Origin: Klebsormidium nitens
Taxonomy: Eukaryota > Plantae > Klebsormidiophyceae
Length of the DNA stretch: 64,000 nt
Assembly: GCA_000708835.1 (NCBI GenBank)
Contig: DF236961.1
Location: 62,001 to 126,000 of the forward strand
Direction: 5' to 3'
Part shown: one piece after another, positions 24,422-36,400 of the stretch
Layout: the number at the start of each line of letters is the position of its first letter
How positions within the stretch are numbered: the stretch's first letter is position 1
Notes under the pieces: model-generated
Told to the model about the DNA's origin: nothing
Database searches by the model: none
What the model saw: only the letters and a program-made list of their open reading frames with translations
Program-made: the position numbers and the translations under genes

Positions 24422-26142
24422 CCATCAATAAGGCTTTGCTTGTACACTGCTTCGGTGGCCGCGGATCCTACGTCTTGCGTAGCTTTGTTGCGAGAATCAG
24501 AAAAGTATTCTATGCCGAGATTAATTTTTGCTTGAAAGTTCTACGATTGCAAGAGGTTTGAAAGCTGGTCCCGCAGAAAGAACACTTACCCGACTCAACA
24601 CCGCGAAGTTGCAAAAGAAGTCAGAAGAAAAGTGAGCAGCTGCTTTACGGACCTCTCAAGATCACGGACGGTTGAGGCACGTGGGCTTTTACCACCTCTC
24701 TGCACGTCAGCGGCCCCTTTCAATGATTGTCATTCTGATTTCAAGCGTCCTGCTGATGCGCGTGTCATTTTGCTAATCACAATTGTTGATTCTAACCCTG
24801 CAGATTGAAAACGTCCGACAGAGGTGCTAAGGACCCTTTTGGTGATCATTGGAGATGGAGCCGTATGTCACTCGCTTGCCCAGGTTTACGGCGCATTGCA
24901 GCAGGTGACCTTCCAGCTGAAGCTATCTTGAAGTGCTCTTCGCAATGAGCACTTTTCCAATCAGTCCTTGGTGGGCTGTTTCTTCATAGAGTCTCGTCCA
25001 CGCGCGTCTTGGCCCAAAACCAAAACTGCAGGCTTGCATCAGCTGCACCCATGAAGAAAAGGTCCCCCATCATTTGCGCATTGCAGACTTTGGATGTCGC
25101 GTTCTTATAGCTAAGCTTGGTTATACATTGAGAGTCTTCTAGATACGAGCTCCTGTGTAAGCAGGTCTGATACGATGGGCCCCTGTACAAACGTTTCAGC
25201 TTCCAAAAAGAAAATTTCAGCCGTCTCGTTTCGATTGACACTCGTATCTTTTATGTTCCTTGCAGCAAAATCTTGAGAATATCTTGAGACCCTGGCGCCG
25301 CCGGCTGAACGATTCCTGTCATCGTCTTGGTAATTCGGGCCTCGTCACTTTTATTTTCTCACACGCTCTGTTTACGAGGCCTGTGGAGGTACATAAGGAA
25401 ACAAAGAGCCTCGAGTTCCAATTGGATTGCAGCATACAACCATCAAACCGTGCAGATCTCTTGAACCCAGATACGCGCCTGGCCTGCATACTGTTAGGGA
25501 TGTTGCGTCATGTTGGTTGCAGCCTACGGGCGCAATGTATGCACATGCGCCAGCGTTACCAACGCGCAGGCACATGCACGATTGGATAACTAATCTATCC
25601 AATTTGATTGTACGTAGCCGGTCATTGACCCCGTGACGTGCTCCAAGGTCACGAAGACAATGCAGACACGGAATGCTAGTAGGTGCGCCCTTGAAATAGG
25701 AGTGCGGCCGCAGCTACGTACTGTGCAGCGTATATAGCATGTGCAGGCATGTCAGAGTGCGGCCGGACACGTATAGGGTCATGTATGAAGCATGATACGT
25801 ACAACATGTGACCAAGTTGCATACGATTGCAGTAAAACGAAACGCCACGATACTAGTTGAGCACAGCTCCACAAGCAATCGTAAGCGAACATGAAGAGGC
25901 AGGCCCGCGGGCCTGTACCAGCGATCAGAAAGCTACGCACTAGCTGGCCAAGCTTGTGCATGCTGGTACTATTCTGAACCCGAATATCTTGGTTCGTGCT
26001 CGTCATATCTTGAACAGGCAGTGTCCATTCATGCTCCTGCGCGCTACAACAGCTAATACAGGGCTGCAGAAAAGGCAAAGTGCTCAAGAGTTACCATGAT
26101 GGAAGTACAGAGCGGACAATCCTCAGCTCAAATAAATGATTC

Positions 26143-29100
26143 TCAAGTCCTTTCTGCTCGAGAAACAACAATGGACATGTTTGCCCCCACGGCCTCCTCA
26201 ACGGCTTCCGTCTTCGGTGTACGCACAATGCCTTGATTCGAACCTAGTTTTCTATGGAATTGCGGAGAGCTCGCTCCCTCCTTGAAGGCGGCAGGGCACA
26301 GCTCGTTTGCGAGACACTCTCCGCACTTGGGCCGCAAAGGGGTGCAGATGGTCTGTCCGAACCCAACCTAGACGGCAAGGGAAGGCGGGTTGGCAAGGAA
26401 AGGCGGGTTACATCGTTCGATATCCACTTCCGAGTTTGGGTCAAACGGAGCACTGAGGAGTCCCTCGGAGCAGAGGACTCGGAGCCAGAAAGCTGAGACG
26501 GAGCTCTTCACATGCAAATGTCCTTCGAAGTACAGTCTCTCCACAGCCCTGTGGACGCACGAGTTCGATACTCGCCAGCTGCTAACCCACATCCGAGCAA
26601 CTTCAGGGTGGCTACAGTCGCAACCAACACGCCTGATAGGAAGTCGGGAGTCGAGACAGTGCGGATGCTTCTGCAACTCTGTTCCGCTGACGAGGTGGCA
26701 GACCACAAACATCAAAAGTAACTCACGAGGAGCGGGTTGATGGAGATCCACTCGTCCCGTGGGAGCCACGCTTCCAGCGCTGCCCGCGTGTCTTCCGCGT
26801 CTTTCGTCAACTGCAAGCGACGGGCTCGTAATAAGGGGAAAGACCTCAGCTTTTGCAACCTGACAGAGGTTTCCACCGCCTCTTTCGTCGACTGCAAGCG
26901 ACGGGCTCGTAATGAGGAAACACTTCAAGATTTGAACACCTGACACAGGTTTTCAGAAGCCTGAGAAGTCTGAGCAAACGGCCGATACTTCGACGTAAAG
27001 GCGTCCCAACTGTTGGAGAAGAGTCGGGTCCTGTCGGCTTTTTCTCACTGAGGCGGAAGAACGATAACCTCTAATTCTTCGGAGTCGGAGCGGTGGCCGG
27101 ACAGCGGACCGAGCTGCCGAACCGCAGCTCTACACATGCGTCTTTTCGAGTCCGTATACAACCGGACTACCTTAGATGAAGTAACGAGTTAGCAAGAGTG
27201 CAAACTTTCACTTAAGACTCACCACGTGCGCTGCCCCGCGCTCCCCTCTTGACACCCACTGCAACCGGTTGCTGATCCTATGTACATGCGTATCAACGCA
27301 GATGCCCTCCGTTTGGCCCCAGGCGACATTCATGATGAGATGCGCCATCTTAGGGCCGAGCCCCGGTAGGGCCATCAGTTCTTGAGCGGTAGAGGGGATG
27401 TCCCCGCCGAAATCTCGTCGGAGGATCTCGACGAGCGCTTTTAGGTAGCCGGCCTTCCGGGAGTGGAAGCCCACCTGCGGATGAAGTCAAAACCAATTGA
27501 CGTATTATTTGAGATGGTTGTGAAAAGGCAGAAGGAGCGTCTTCGATGTGTCAGGTACGCTCATCATCAGACTCCCCTGCAAATCAAGCCGCAACAAGGT
27601 ACGGAAGTCCCGATGTATTCTGTAAGATCATTTCGAGGAACTAGACGGGTGGGCTTCGATATCAGGTCCGCTCAACTTGGATCCCCTGACTGCAGATCCA
27701 ATTCAACACGGCATAGAGGTCCCTCGATACATTCTTAAACACCCACCGGGTATATTAGTCGCTGGACTTCTTCTTGTGTGGCGCCAAGCACCCCTTCCAG
27801 CGTGAGCAGCCCCGCTGCACTCAGGCGCTGGACCGCTCCGTGAGTGACCTCGTCCTTGGTCTGGCTGGACAAAAGGGCCGCCACTAGAACTGCAAAGCGG
27901 CGCTCCTGCGAATACCAAGGGCGAGGAGACATTGTAGCAGCAGACGAAGAGAACGGCTGAGAACCAAACGCGGAGAGTGGCTTTGGTCGAACGCTGGCAC
28001 TCGAGACATCTTGTGTATTGGCTTACGGCAGGCTTTCTAACGGGAATACCGAGGTTTTTGTTTGAGGACCTTCTTTTGGACATCCCTGTTATATCAAAGC
28101 CAAAAATATGGAGCGGGCATGGTTGACGATCAAAACGAATGAGAGCCGCTCGGGCCGTGGCCCGATTATCGGCCAGTAAAGAATAGAGGAAAAGGTCGAG
28201 CCCGGCCAGCTTTTCTACGGGAGAGTGGACGAATCTATCTCAAAGTTCTAGGCCACGCATGGTTTCTCTAGAAAGCTTGCAAAAAGCACGGAAAATAGGT
28301 CCAAGTGAGGCAAGTCCTGGGAAGTTCAGGTGACGAACCAACCCTGGAAAATACGACACGAATGGAGAGGATCACAGCTCACAGTTGTGTGGAGAACAAA
28401 GAGCAAATCAATGACACACTGTATCTCTGACAATCGACCAGGAAGTGTACAGGAGAGTACGAGTGGTTAGGAGAGCGCACGACTCACTCGGGGGGGCACA
28501 TCAAGGCCAACTCGCTCCGCTCCGCAGGAGTCTACCGGAGCGTCCCTGCCTTTGCGCATCTCCTTTATCAACTCAAGGACTTCGAGCCAGCGCATGGGTG
28601 GGGCTGCAAAGAGAGCTAACATCAGGATCGTTCCAGCAGAAAAGACAATCATCACCAGGACAACAGATGTTGTTTCCAACCAGTGGTAGGCAAGATTTCC
28701 AGATTGACAGCCAAGCTTGTGTTTGCATCGATGAACTTGCTTCCTACACCCGCAGGAGACTTGCCAGGAGTTGCTGGTCAAGAAGCTAAACTTTCCACCT
28801 GCTCTTCAGGCTGCCACGTACACTTTGTAGTGATCCTGCTAGAACACATTTTGACTTCAAGCATTGTTTCCACACAAGACTAATGGTACTCTTGGGCACC
28901 AGTAAGAGTGTAACTCACCGGGGTCATATACAAGAGCTTCCTTCTTCTTTCGCACCCTCTTAACCGCAACTGCATCCACTTTCTCCGCAGCATCAGATGC
29001 GTCGGCCAATGCCACCAGCTGACTTCCAATGTGGTGTTCTTCAAACTCGATCTTGACAGACTTCCGGCGCTTCCGTGGTTTCGAGGGCTCTCTGGTGGCT

Positions 29101-29861
29101 GCAAGAAGAAATTGAAGTCAGATGGCACATGATTTGCCCTCTTCGTGAGGGAAACTATCTAAGTTAAAGACACGTTGATGCCTTATTCCCCCACCCTCCT
29201 TCCTGCCTGGCAGAGAGAGGTTTTGCCCACATCGGAGGTGTGTTTATTTCCACAGCAGTGCCTTCTTTGCACACCACTGAAAGGGGTTTCACTTCAAGGG
29301 CTCAGAGCTTCGTCTGCCTCACAGTGCGGCTGATCAGAGCTTCTAGAAAAGAGCGCCCATGAAGTCTGAATGTCCAAAGCCTGGGCAGCTGAACTTGCAG
29401 TGCATTGAATGCAGCCTATCTATGGCATGCTTACCTGCGGCAAGTGTCTGATCTTTGCTGTCTGAGTGATCCATGGCTTGCGTAGTCAACCGCACACTCT
29501 CCTCTTGTAAGGATAACACCGTTTCGTTCTTCTTTCCTGCAGTGACTGCGACCGATGAAGTCGCCCTCAGCGAGGCCTTTGTAACAGCCCGGCTTTGCCC
29601 AGGTGCTTTCAACTGATGAGCCAAAGACCTCTTCACAGCAGACTTGCCTAATCGGTCCAACGCCTGTCCCATTGCCTTTGGCTGAGATGGTTCCTTGTTG
29701 CCAACTTGACTTTTGACGGAGTGCAATGCCCTGGAAATCGAGGTGCCATCGTTGAGAGGAACTTTCGCCAGCTTGTCGTCGAGAGAGCTCAGCGCTGCGC
29801 TCAAGCGCCGAGCTGCAGCGCGGGTCATGGCGCGTTCACATGCCATATCTGGAGTTTGCAT
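26143..29861 (-). CDS. NTH1: Endonuclease III homolog (HhH-GPD DNA glycosylase/AP lyase with a [4Fe-4S] cluster)
   Basis: Exons about 29861-29435, 29098-28919, 28603-28488, 27905-27747, 27474-27223, 26810(or 26891)-26727 and 26367-26143. Motifs: [19 protein letters not shown], Hh[10 protein letters not shown] (catalytic Lys), [19 protein letters not shown]-x6-C-x2-C-x5-C. The true start codon is uncertain. Confidence 0.93.
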
Positions 29862-30411
29862 TGGTGGAAAGCACCTTTCAACCCCCAATGCTGTTCTTCA
29901 GCACCATCAAAAGCAGAGATTGCGGAGATAATCTCTGTTTCAACTTTTTGTTAGTGGACCACTGCTCTAGACTCTGAGTCAGAGCCTGGCTTCTGAAGAC
30001 ATGGCCCTGCAGCCACTCAGGATGGGTCGAGTGCATTGAGTTTGTAAATTATTCCAAGAAGATATTCTCAATAAAGTAACCCATCTATACGCGTATTTTG
30101 AATTCCTCGAACATGGTAACTCTAGGCCTATATCCAGGAATGCAAAGATGCAAAAGAACCTAAAATCCACATGGACACTCTGGGACAGTCTCCTGTTATG
30201 GGACAGAAGTTGCGCGATCGGATTATATAGAAGGCTGAATGTCACGAGTCACTCACGACCTAATTCAGTAAACACATGCATTCTCAAGTGGAGGCAGAAG
30301 ACGGCGCCAATGGCGGCAAAGTGACGCTGAATGTATCAGACGGAGCTGCAGTAGGCACAGTGTCACCCCACTGACAGAATTTCGCCACTGAGGTCAGCCA
30401 GGGTCTATAAG

Positions 30412-33400
30412 ATGGGGGCATCTAGGAAACTGCAGGCGGAGATTGACCGAGTGCTGAAGAAAGTGCAAGAAGGGATTGAGATATTCGATAACATCTGGGA
30501 GAAGGTAAGGCCTTACCCATCATTGATTTTGTTTGCAACAATGACGCGCACGTTGATGTTGAAGTTCTTCATAGAATGGGAACCTTACACCACCATATCT
30601 AGTAGAATGTATGCACAGGGTCTTCGTTGGTGATGCTTTCTGCCAAAAATCGTCACTCTCCTGCTTGGTTCGGCTTTCAAGCATCTTCTAGTAGATGCAA
30701 ATCCGTCAGTCTGAAAGCAGTCTGAAGAAACTACAAACCAGAAATCTTAGTGAACAGGACAGTTTGTGTTGTCATCTGATTCTCCGCAGAATGGCAGGAG
30801 CTTCTGCCGTAGCTTTTGTCGGATACAAGTACTTGAGTGTCTGTTGTTTCGGTTGCTTGCGCTACATTGAGCACACATGCACGCTTGGGACCTCTTTTGG
30901 CCAAGCTCAACAGGAGTTCCGCGCTTTGGAAAGTAAGCGCTAGAGGTCAATAAGGTGGCGCTGAGGGAGCTTGGCTTCTTCTGCAGCTGTACAATGGCGC
31001 TTACGATCCGGAGAATGTAAATCAGAAGGAGAAGTTCGAGGCGGATCTCAAGAAGGAAATCAAGAAGCTGCAGCGATACCGCGACCAGATTAAGACATGG
31101 GCGCAGAGCAGTGAAGTGAAAGATAAAAAGGTGGAGTACCCTTGCTGCAACCAAGTTGGCCATCTTCCTCCGTCTTTGTGCAAAGCTCCTTAGCTAGTGT
31201 GGCCCCATTCTTTATGGATAATGATCGATTCCTCGTTGGTGTTTTCTGAGCCCTGCAGAGAATTGTTGCATCAATCGGCACTTGTCTTTTAATGTATCTC
31301 ATTGGAGCATCTTTTCATACTCGACAAAGATTTAACAATTCACTTCATCAGCAGTTGGACAATTAATGATGTTGTTTTACACCTTTTAACAGCCTTTACA
31401 AGATGCGCGGAAAGCGGTCGAACGAGAAATGGAACGGTTCAAGATATGTGAACGCGAAACAAAGACCAAGGCCTTTTCACAAGAGGGCCTGGGGAAGCAA
31501 CCGAGAACAGTGAGTGGTTCTTGCTGTCATTGCGCAAGCTGAAGTTACAGCGGTTGGTTCTCTTTATCCGTATGGTGTAGAAGAGGTGCTCCAAGATCTG
31601 CAATAGTCTCCCTGTTGAGGGGCCGCCATGTGTCAGAATCAGATCTTGAGGATTTGTGCAAAGTTGCGGTCACCATTTTAAGAAAGTTTCAAAACGGGAA
31701 TTGCTCATGTGTGGTCTATGAGAAGCACTCTTGAACCCGATTTGTCTCTGCAGGATCCAAAAGAAAAGGCAAAGGCGGAGACAAGGGACTGGATCAACAC
31801 AGCGGTAAGCCCCATATCCGTTACTTTTGAAGACTTCCTTTGGTTCGTCCAAATCTGAAGTTGCCACCCACTCTTTGCAGAGTCAATCTGCAATTAAATC
31901 GACTCTGTAAAGTAGCGTGTTTCAGTTCTGATTTCTACCAAGACAAGAAGCTGCAGCATGCTTGGATTGCACAGCTTTGGTTTTCAATTGAACATACCGA
32001 TGTGTCAAAGCGCTTCGCAGAGGCTTTTTGTTCTTTAGAAATGTAGCCGTTTCCCAATACATTGCACATTCTGTCTCAACTTTCCTTTTCAGGTCACCAA
32101 CCTCGAGACGCAAGTGGACACGTTTGAAAGCGAGCTGGAAAATTTGACGACCAAGAAGGGGAAGCAAAAGCCGCCACGAATGTCACATCTGGAAGAGTCC
32201 ATCGAGCGAAACAAGGCACACGTCATCAAGCTGGAGCAGGTAGCCTGCGCCTGCGCTTAATGTTGACTCGTTTTCGAGCATGTGCTAGCTGCTTGCGTTG
32301 CTTGTCCTTTTCAGAGATTGCTGCCACGGTATTGTGAACAAAGAACACCCGTAGTTCGACCACCCTCTTGTCGAAACCACTTCTTGCTAGGTGAAGGCCA
32401 CGAGGCCCATCCCACATCCATGCTACAAGTTGTTCTTATGTTTGTACAGATCCTGAGACTGCTCGACAATGAGGAGCTGAGTCCCGAGGAGGTGAACGAT
32501 GTGAAAGATCTGGTGGAGGATTACTTGGAGCGGAACCAGGACGACTTTGACGAGTTCTCGGATGTTGATGACATGTACGAAGCCCTGGGTACGTTCCATC
32601 CCCTTCTGCATGCTATAAGGCTTGAAATGCTGTCCCCTTATATCACTCTTAACGTCCCTGCTTGCGAGCTACTTCCTTTCTTGATCCCTCCTGTTTTCCT
32701 TAGTCGCAGTCTAACCCCAAGGTGGGAGTGGATCGGAGGAGGCTGATCCCGGAGTTTATAATCCGCCGAAAAAGTATGGAGCCGGTCCGAGACATTTACT
32801 TGTTTCTAAGTCACAGCCATTGAACATTCGCAATTTGTTTACGGCACACTCACCTCGGTCTGTCTTTGTTCTCCTGCTTCTGTGAAGATTTTCTCGTCGA
32901 ACGACGTTCGTGCTCCTGCTAAAGACACATTCGAACGACGTCAATCTTTAATCACAGGCCTGGAGAAACTAGAGATGGCGGACAACATGGACGCGATCCC
33001 CGCGGTGGCGCCGGCAGTCCTGCTCAAGGAGAAGGGCGTGAAGCCTCCCCTGCCGCCTCCCCCCGCGGCGCAGCAAGCGGCGGCAGAGAGAGCCGCAGCG
33101 GAGAGGGCCGCTGCTGCCGCTGCTGCGACTACCACCAAGGACAGACCAGGCGAGTTGCGGTGCTCGATTCTGTTTCGTACATCGAACTTTGAGCAAGTGT
33201 TAGTGCAAGACGGAACGGGTCCAAATAAGCATGCGTGATCCGCAGCAGTGAGTCTGTGCGAATCGCATATTGCAATCGTCGACCTCATGGGGGCAATAGC
33301 GCTTGGGTTCAGATACTGGCCTTGTTAGCAATTGGACGTAGGTAACGACCAAGTAGCAGTTGACTTCAGTTGGTGTGTGTTTTTGCCAGAAGCTTAGGCA

Positions 33401-36400
33401 GAGTCCTTTGTTAAGTAACCATCGGTTGTTCCGTCACCTCAGGCGGGCCTCTCTCGCCTCAACCAATCTCCGTCACGCCACCGGAAGAACCCGAGGAGAA
33501 AGCCCCAGAGACGCCCAAGGCCGGCACCCCTAGAAACGTCATTGGCCCGGGTGTGGGACGGGGAGCACCCCTCGGCCGCGCTGGGAGCGGCCCGCTAGTG
33601 CCCCCCGTCTCTCCAGTACAAACAACACTTCCCAGCCCGAAAGAATTAGACACGCTCGCCAACCTGGCCGGCCGGAGAGTGGGCCCGGGGATCGTCACCC
33701 CGCCGATTGCGGTTCCGACGAGTCCGAATCGGCTCGCGGATCTCGGGCCGCCGTCGAACGGGCTCGCACGGTCGTTATCGGGGCAGGGCAGCGGGGGCTT
33801 GGGCGGTTTGGGGCTCAAAAACGCGTTGGCGGGGCAAGGGTTGGAGGTTCCGCCGCTCGGGGCGCAATCCCCGGTCGGGTCGCGGCTGGGCGCATTCACA
33901 CAGGCGCCGTCGGGGAACAAGATCGCGGATGCAGCGGAGGCGGTCACGGGGGCCGGCCTCAAGGGCCCCATCTTCAACCCGGGGGAAGGGAGCCAGTGGC
34001 GGCCCCAAACGGCGGGCTTCCAAGGGCAGACCGAGGTGAGCTGGGGTCAAGCTGGATAGGTAGTTAGTTAGTCAGACGAGGTGAGATGCAGTTTGGGGAG
34101 CTCAGGCAGTGAGGTCGGTTACTTAGCTAGAAGCTGTGAGAGGAGTGGTCCGGGGTCAGGTGGTTAGATTTTTAGTTAGTTAGACGAGGTGAGCTTCTTG
34201 TCGGGGCTGGGTGAGGCATCCAAGGTTTCGTCCCCAAACAGCCGTAAGCCTCGAGCTTGATGGTTTGGCTGAGTGTTGCTCCCACTAGCCTTCAGGATTG
34301 GGTGTGCGGTCATGGTCCTTGACAGTGATGAACATCTCTGTTTCGCACCTTTCGTAGCCATTCGTCTCTTGTTCCTTGCCTTTCTTCACATGCCAGCTTC
34401 TGATATTCCTGCACCGTTCGAGTTAGTCGAGCCTTTGTCTTGATCGACCGTACGGTGCTCGATGAGTCGGCGGAGTCGGCTAAACCATAACTAGGAATAA
34501 GGTCCCTTTGTCATCGGAAGCACCTCATCCTATCATATGCCCCTTTCCAGCAATTTCTCCCTTTCTTGGCCCCATTCTCATCTTCCCTAGCGAGCCGCCC
34601 CCTTTCGAGACCCTGTTCTTGCCACTGTCCTCTAGCAAACACGCCCCCTATCGAGACCGTGTTTTTGCCACTTTCCCGTAGCAAATTCGCCCCTTTCGAG
34701 ACCCTATTTTGGCCACTTTCCCGTAACAAGCTCGGCCCCCTGCGAGACCCGGGTTTTGCCACTTTCCCTTAGCAAGCTCGCCCCTCCCCTTGCTCCGCAG
34801 CTGTTCCAACGGGGTCCCCGGGCCGAGATCCAGCCCGACCAGAAGTCGCAGTACTTGTCCCGCTACCAGGCAGTGCAGCAGGGAGCAGCTGTCGGCGGGG
34901 GACTTGCCGCCCTTTCAGGGGCGCAGCAGGCCGCTTCCCAACACCCGTTGGGCACCCCCCCTCTGACGCCCCCGCCCGCCACCCCCCCATCGCCGTCGCA
35001 GTCTCCGCTGGTGGGCAGCAGGGGAAACACGAGGCCCCAAACCCCCGCGACACCAAGGTGGGCAGATAATTTTGTCCCGCCTGCTTGGCTGATGTTTTAT
35101 GATGAACGTCGGTGGGTTCCTTCGTTGGGAAAGTCAGAAGGGTCTGCAAAGTTCCAAAGGGCGGATGTGGAACGCAGTCATCTATTCCTGCAGGGCTCAG
35201 ATACACGACCAGGATTTTCGTGCTTCTAGTAACTCCCTTCGACAAGGACGCCCCAAGTCGTACGTGATTTGAGTCAAAAATACATTCTGTCGAGATACCC
35301 AAGAGCCGGGAATCTTGCACTGAACGAAAACCCCGGATACAAACCTACGCCCTCCGCACCATATCCACCATAAACCCCCAATGATGGCACGTCCCCCTGG
35401 CAATGACCTACCTCGCTCTGCTGTGATGCACCCTGAACCTGCTACCACGGCAAACCACTTCCTAACCACCGTTCCCCGCTCTGCAGGTCGGAGGCGCACT
35501 CGTCGGACCGCGCCGCAGAGCACCTGTCCCAGGAGGACGCCCTGCCCGCCGACTTCGCGCGCCAGCTGTCCATCTCCGAGGACGACCTCAAGAACGCCGA
35601 CACGTTCGACGTCTCCGTCAGCATCCCGGGCACTCTGGCCGAGCTCAGCAGCCTGGCAAAGCAGGCCGAGACGCCGGCCGGGAAAGACCAACCGGGGCAG
35701 GCGGAGGGGCGGCCGTTTGCGGGCGCGCACACGGACCCTGCGCTGAATCTGCAGCTGTTGGAGGCGAGCCTGCGCAACATCCCGCAGCAGAAGGACTCGG
35801 AGCGGCCGAAGCACTATGTGCCGGTGAGTTTAAGAGGAAGCGAGCTGAGGCGCTGGGTGTACTTTGTGAATAGGCTGAGGCGACGTGAGTGACAGTTGGT
35901 TCGCTGGTAGGTCGTCGCGGAGTGCGTCCGTGGAAGCACGGAAAGTCGGGTATTGCCTGTGCTGAAGCCTGCAAAACGCGTTCAGAGATATAGGCTGCTG
36001 CAAAGTCTCGTCTGAGGACTTGCATCGCTTGCGTCCTGTGATTCCTCTGTATCCCGTCGGCCGCACTATTCTGCCCTCTGGTTGTATCAGTATGTCGCCA
36101 TTATTAATGGCTGCGTGTCCCTTGTTGCGTCTTCGACTGTGCTTGCTTGCTTCTCTCAAACTGCGAGCATTCGCTATACTGGTGTGTTACGATACCTGCT
36201 TCTTTGAACAACCCGGCCAAAACTGGAAGGCCTGTTTTTTGCCTGACTCCAAGACCTTGACCGCTTTTAATTTGACTTTCCACCGATGGCCGTTTGTGTC
36301 GCTGCACCTTGCAGAAAAATCCGGCCTCGACGCCTGCTAGCTATCCCTCGGTTCCATCTCCCATTCTGGACCGACCGGAGTTGTTCGAGCGGTTCGAGAC

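Noticed and set aside
34549-34790. CRISPR-like reading of the regular 46-bp repeat
   Set aside because: Units are contiguous with no unique spacers, lie in a eukaryotic intron, and have no cas genes nearby; this is a minisatellite.
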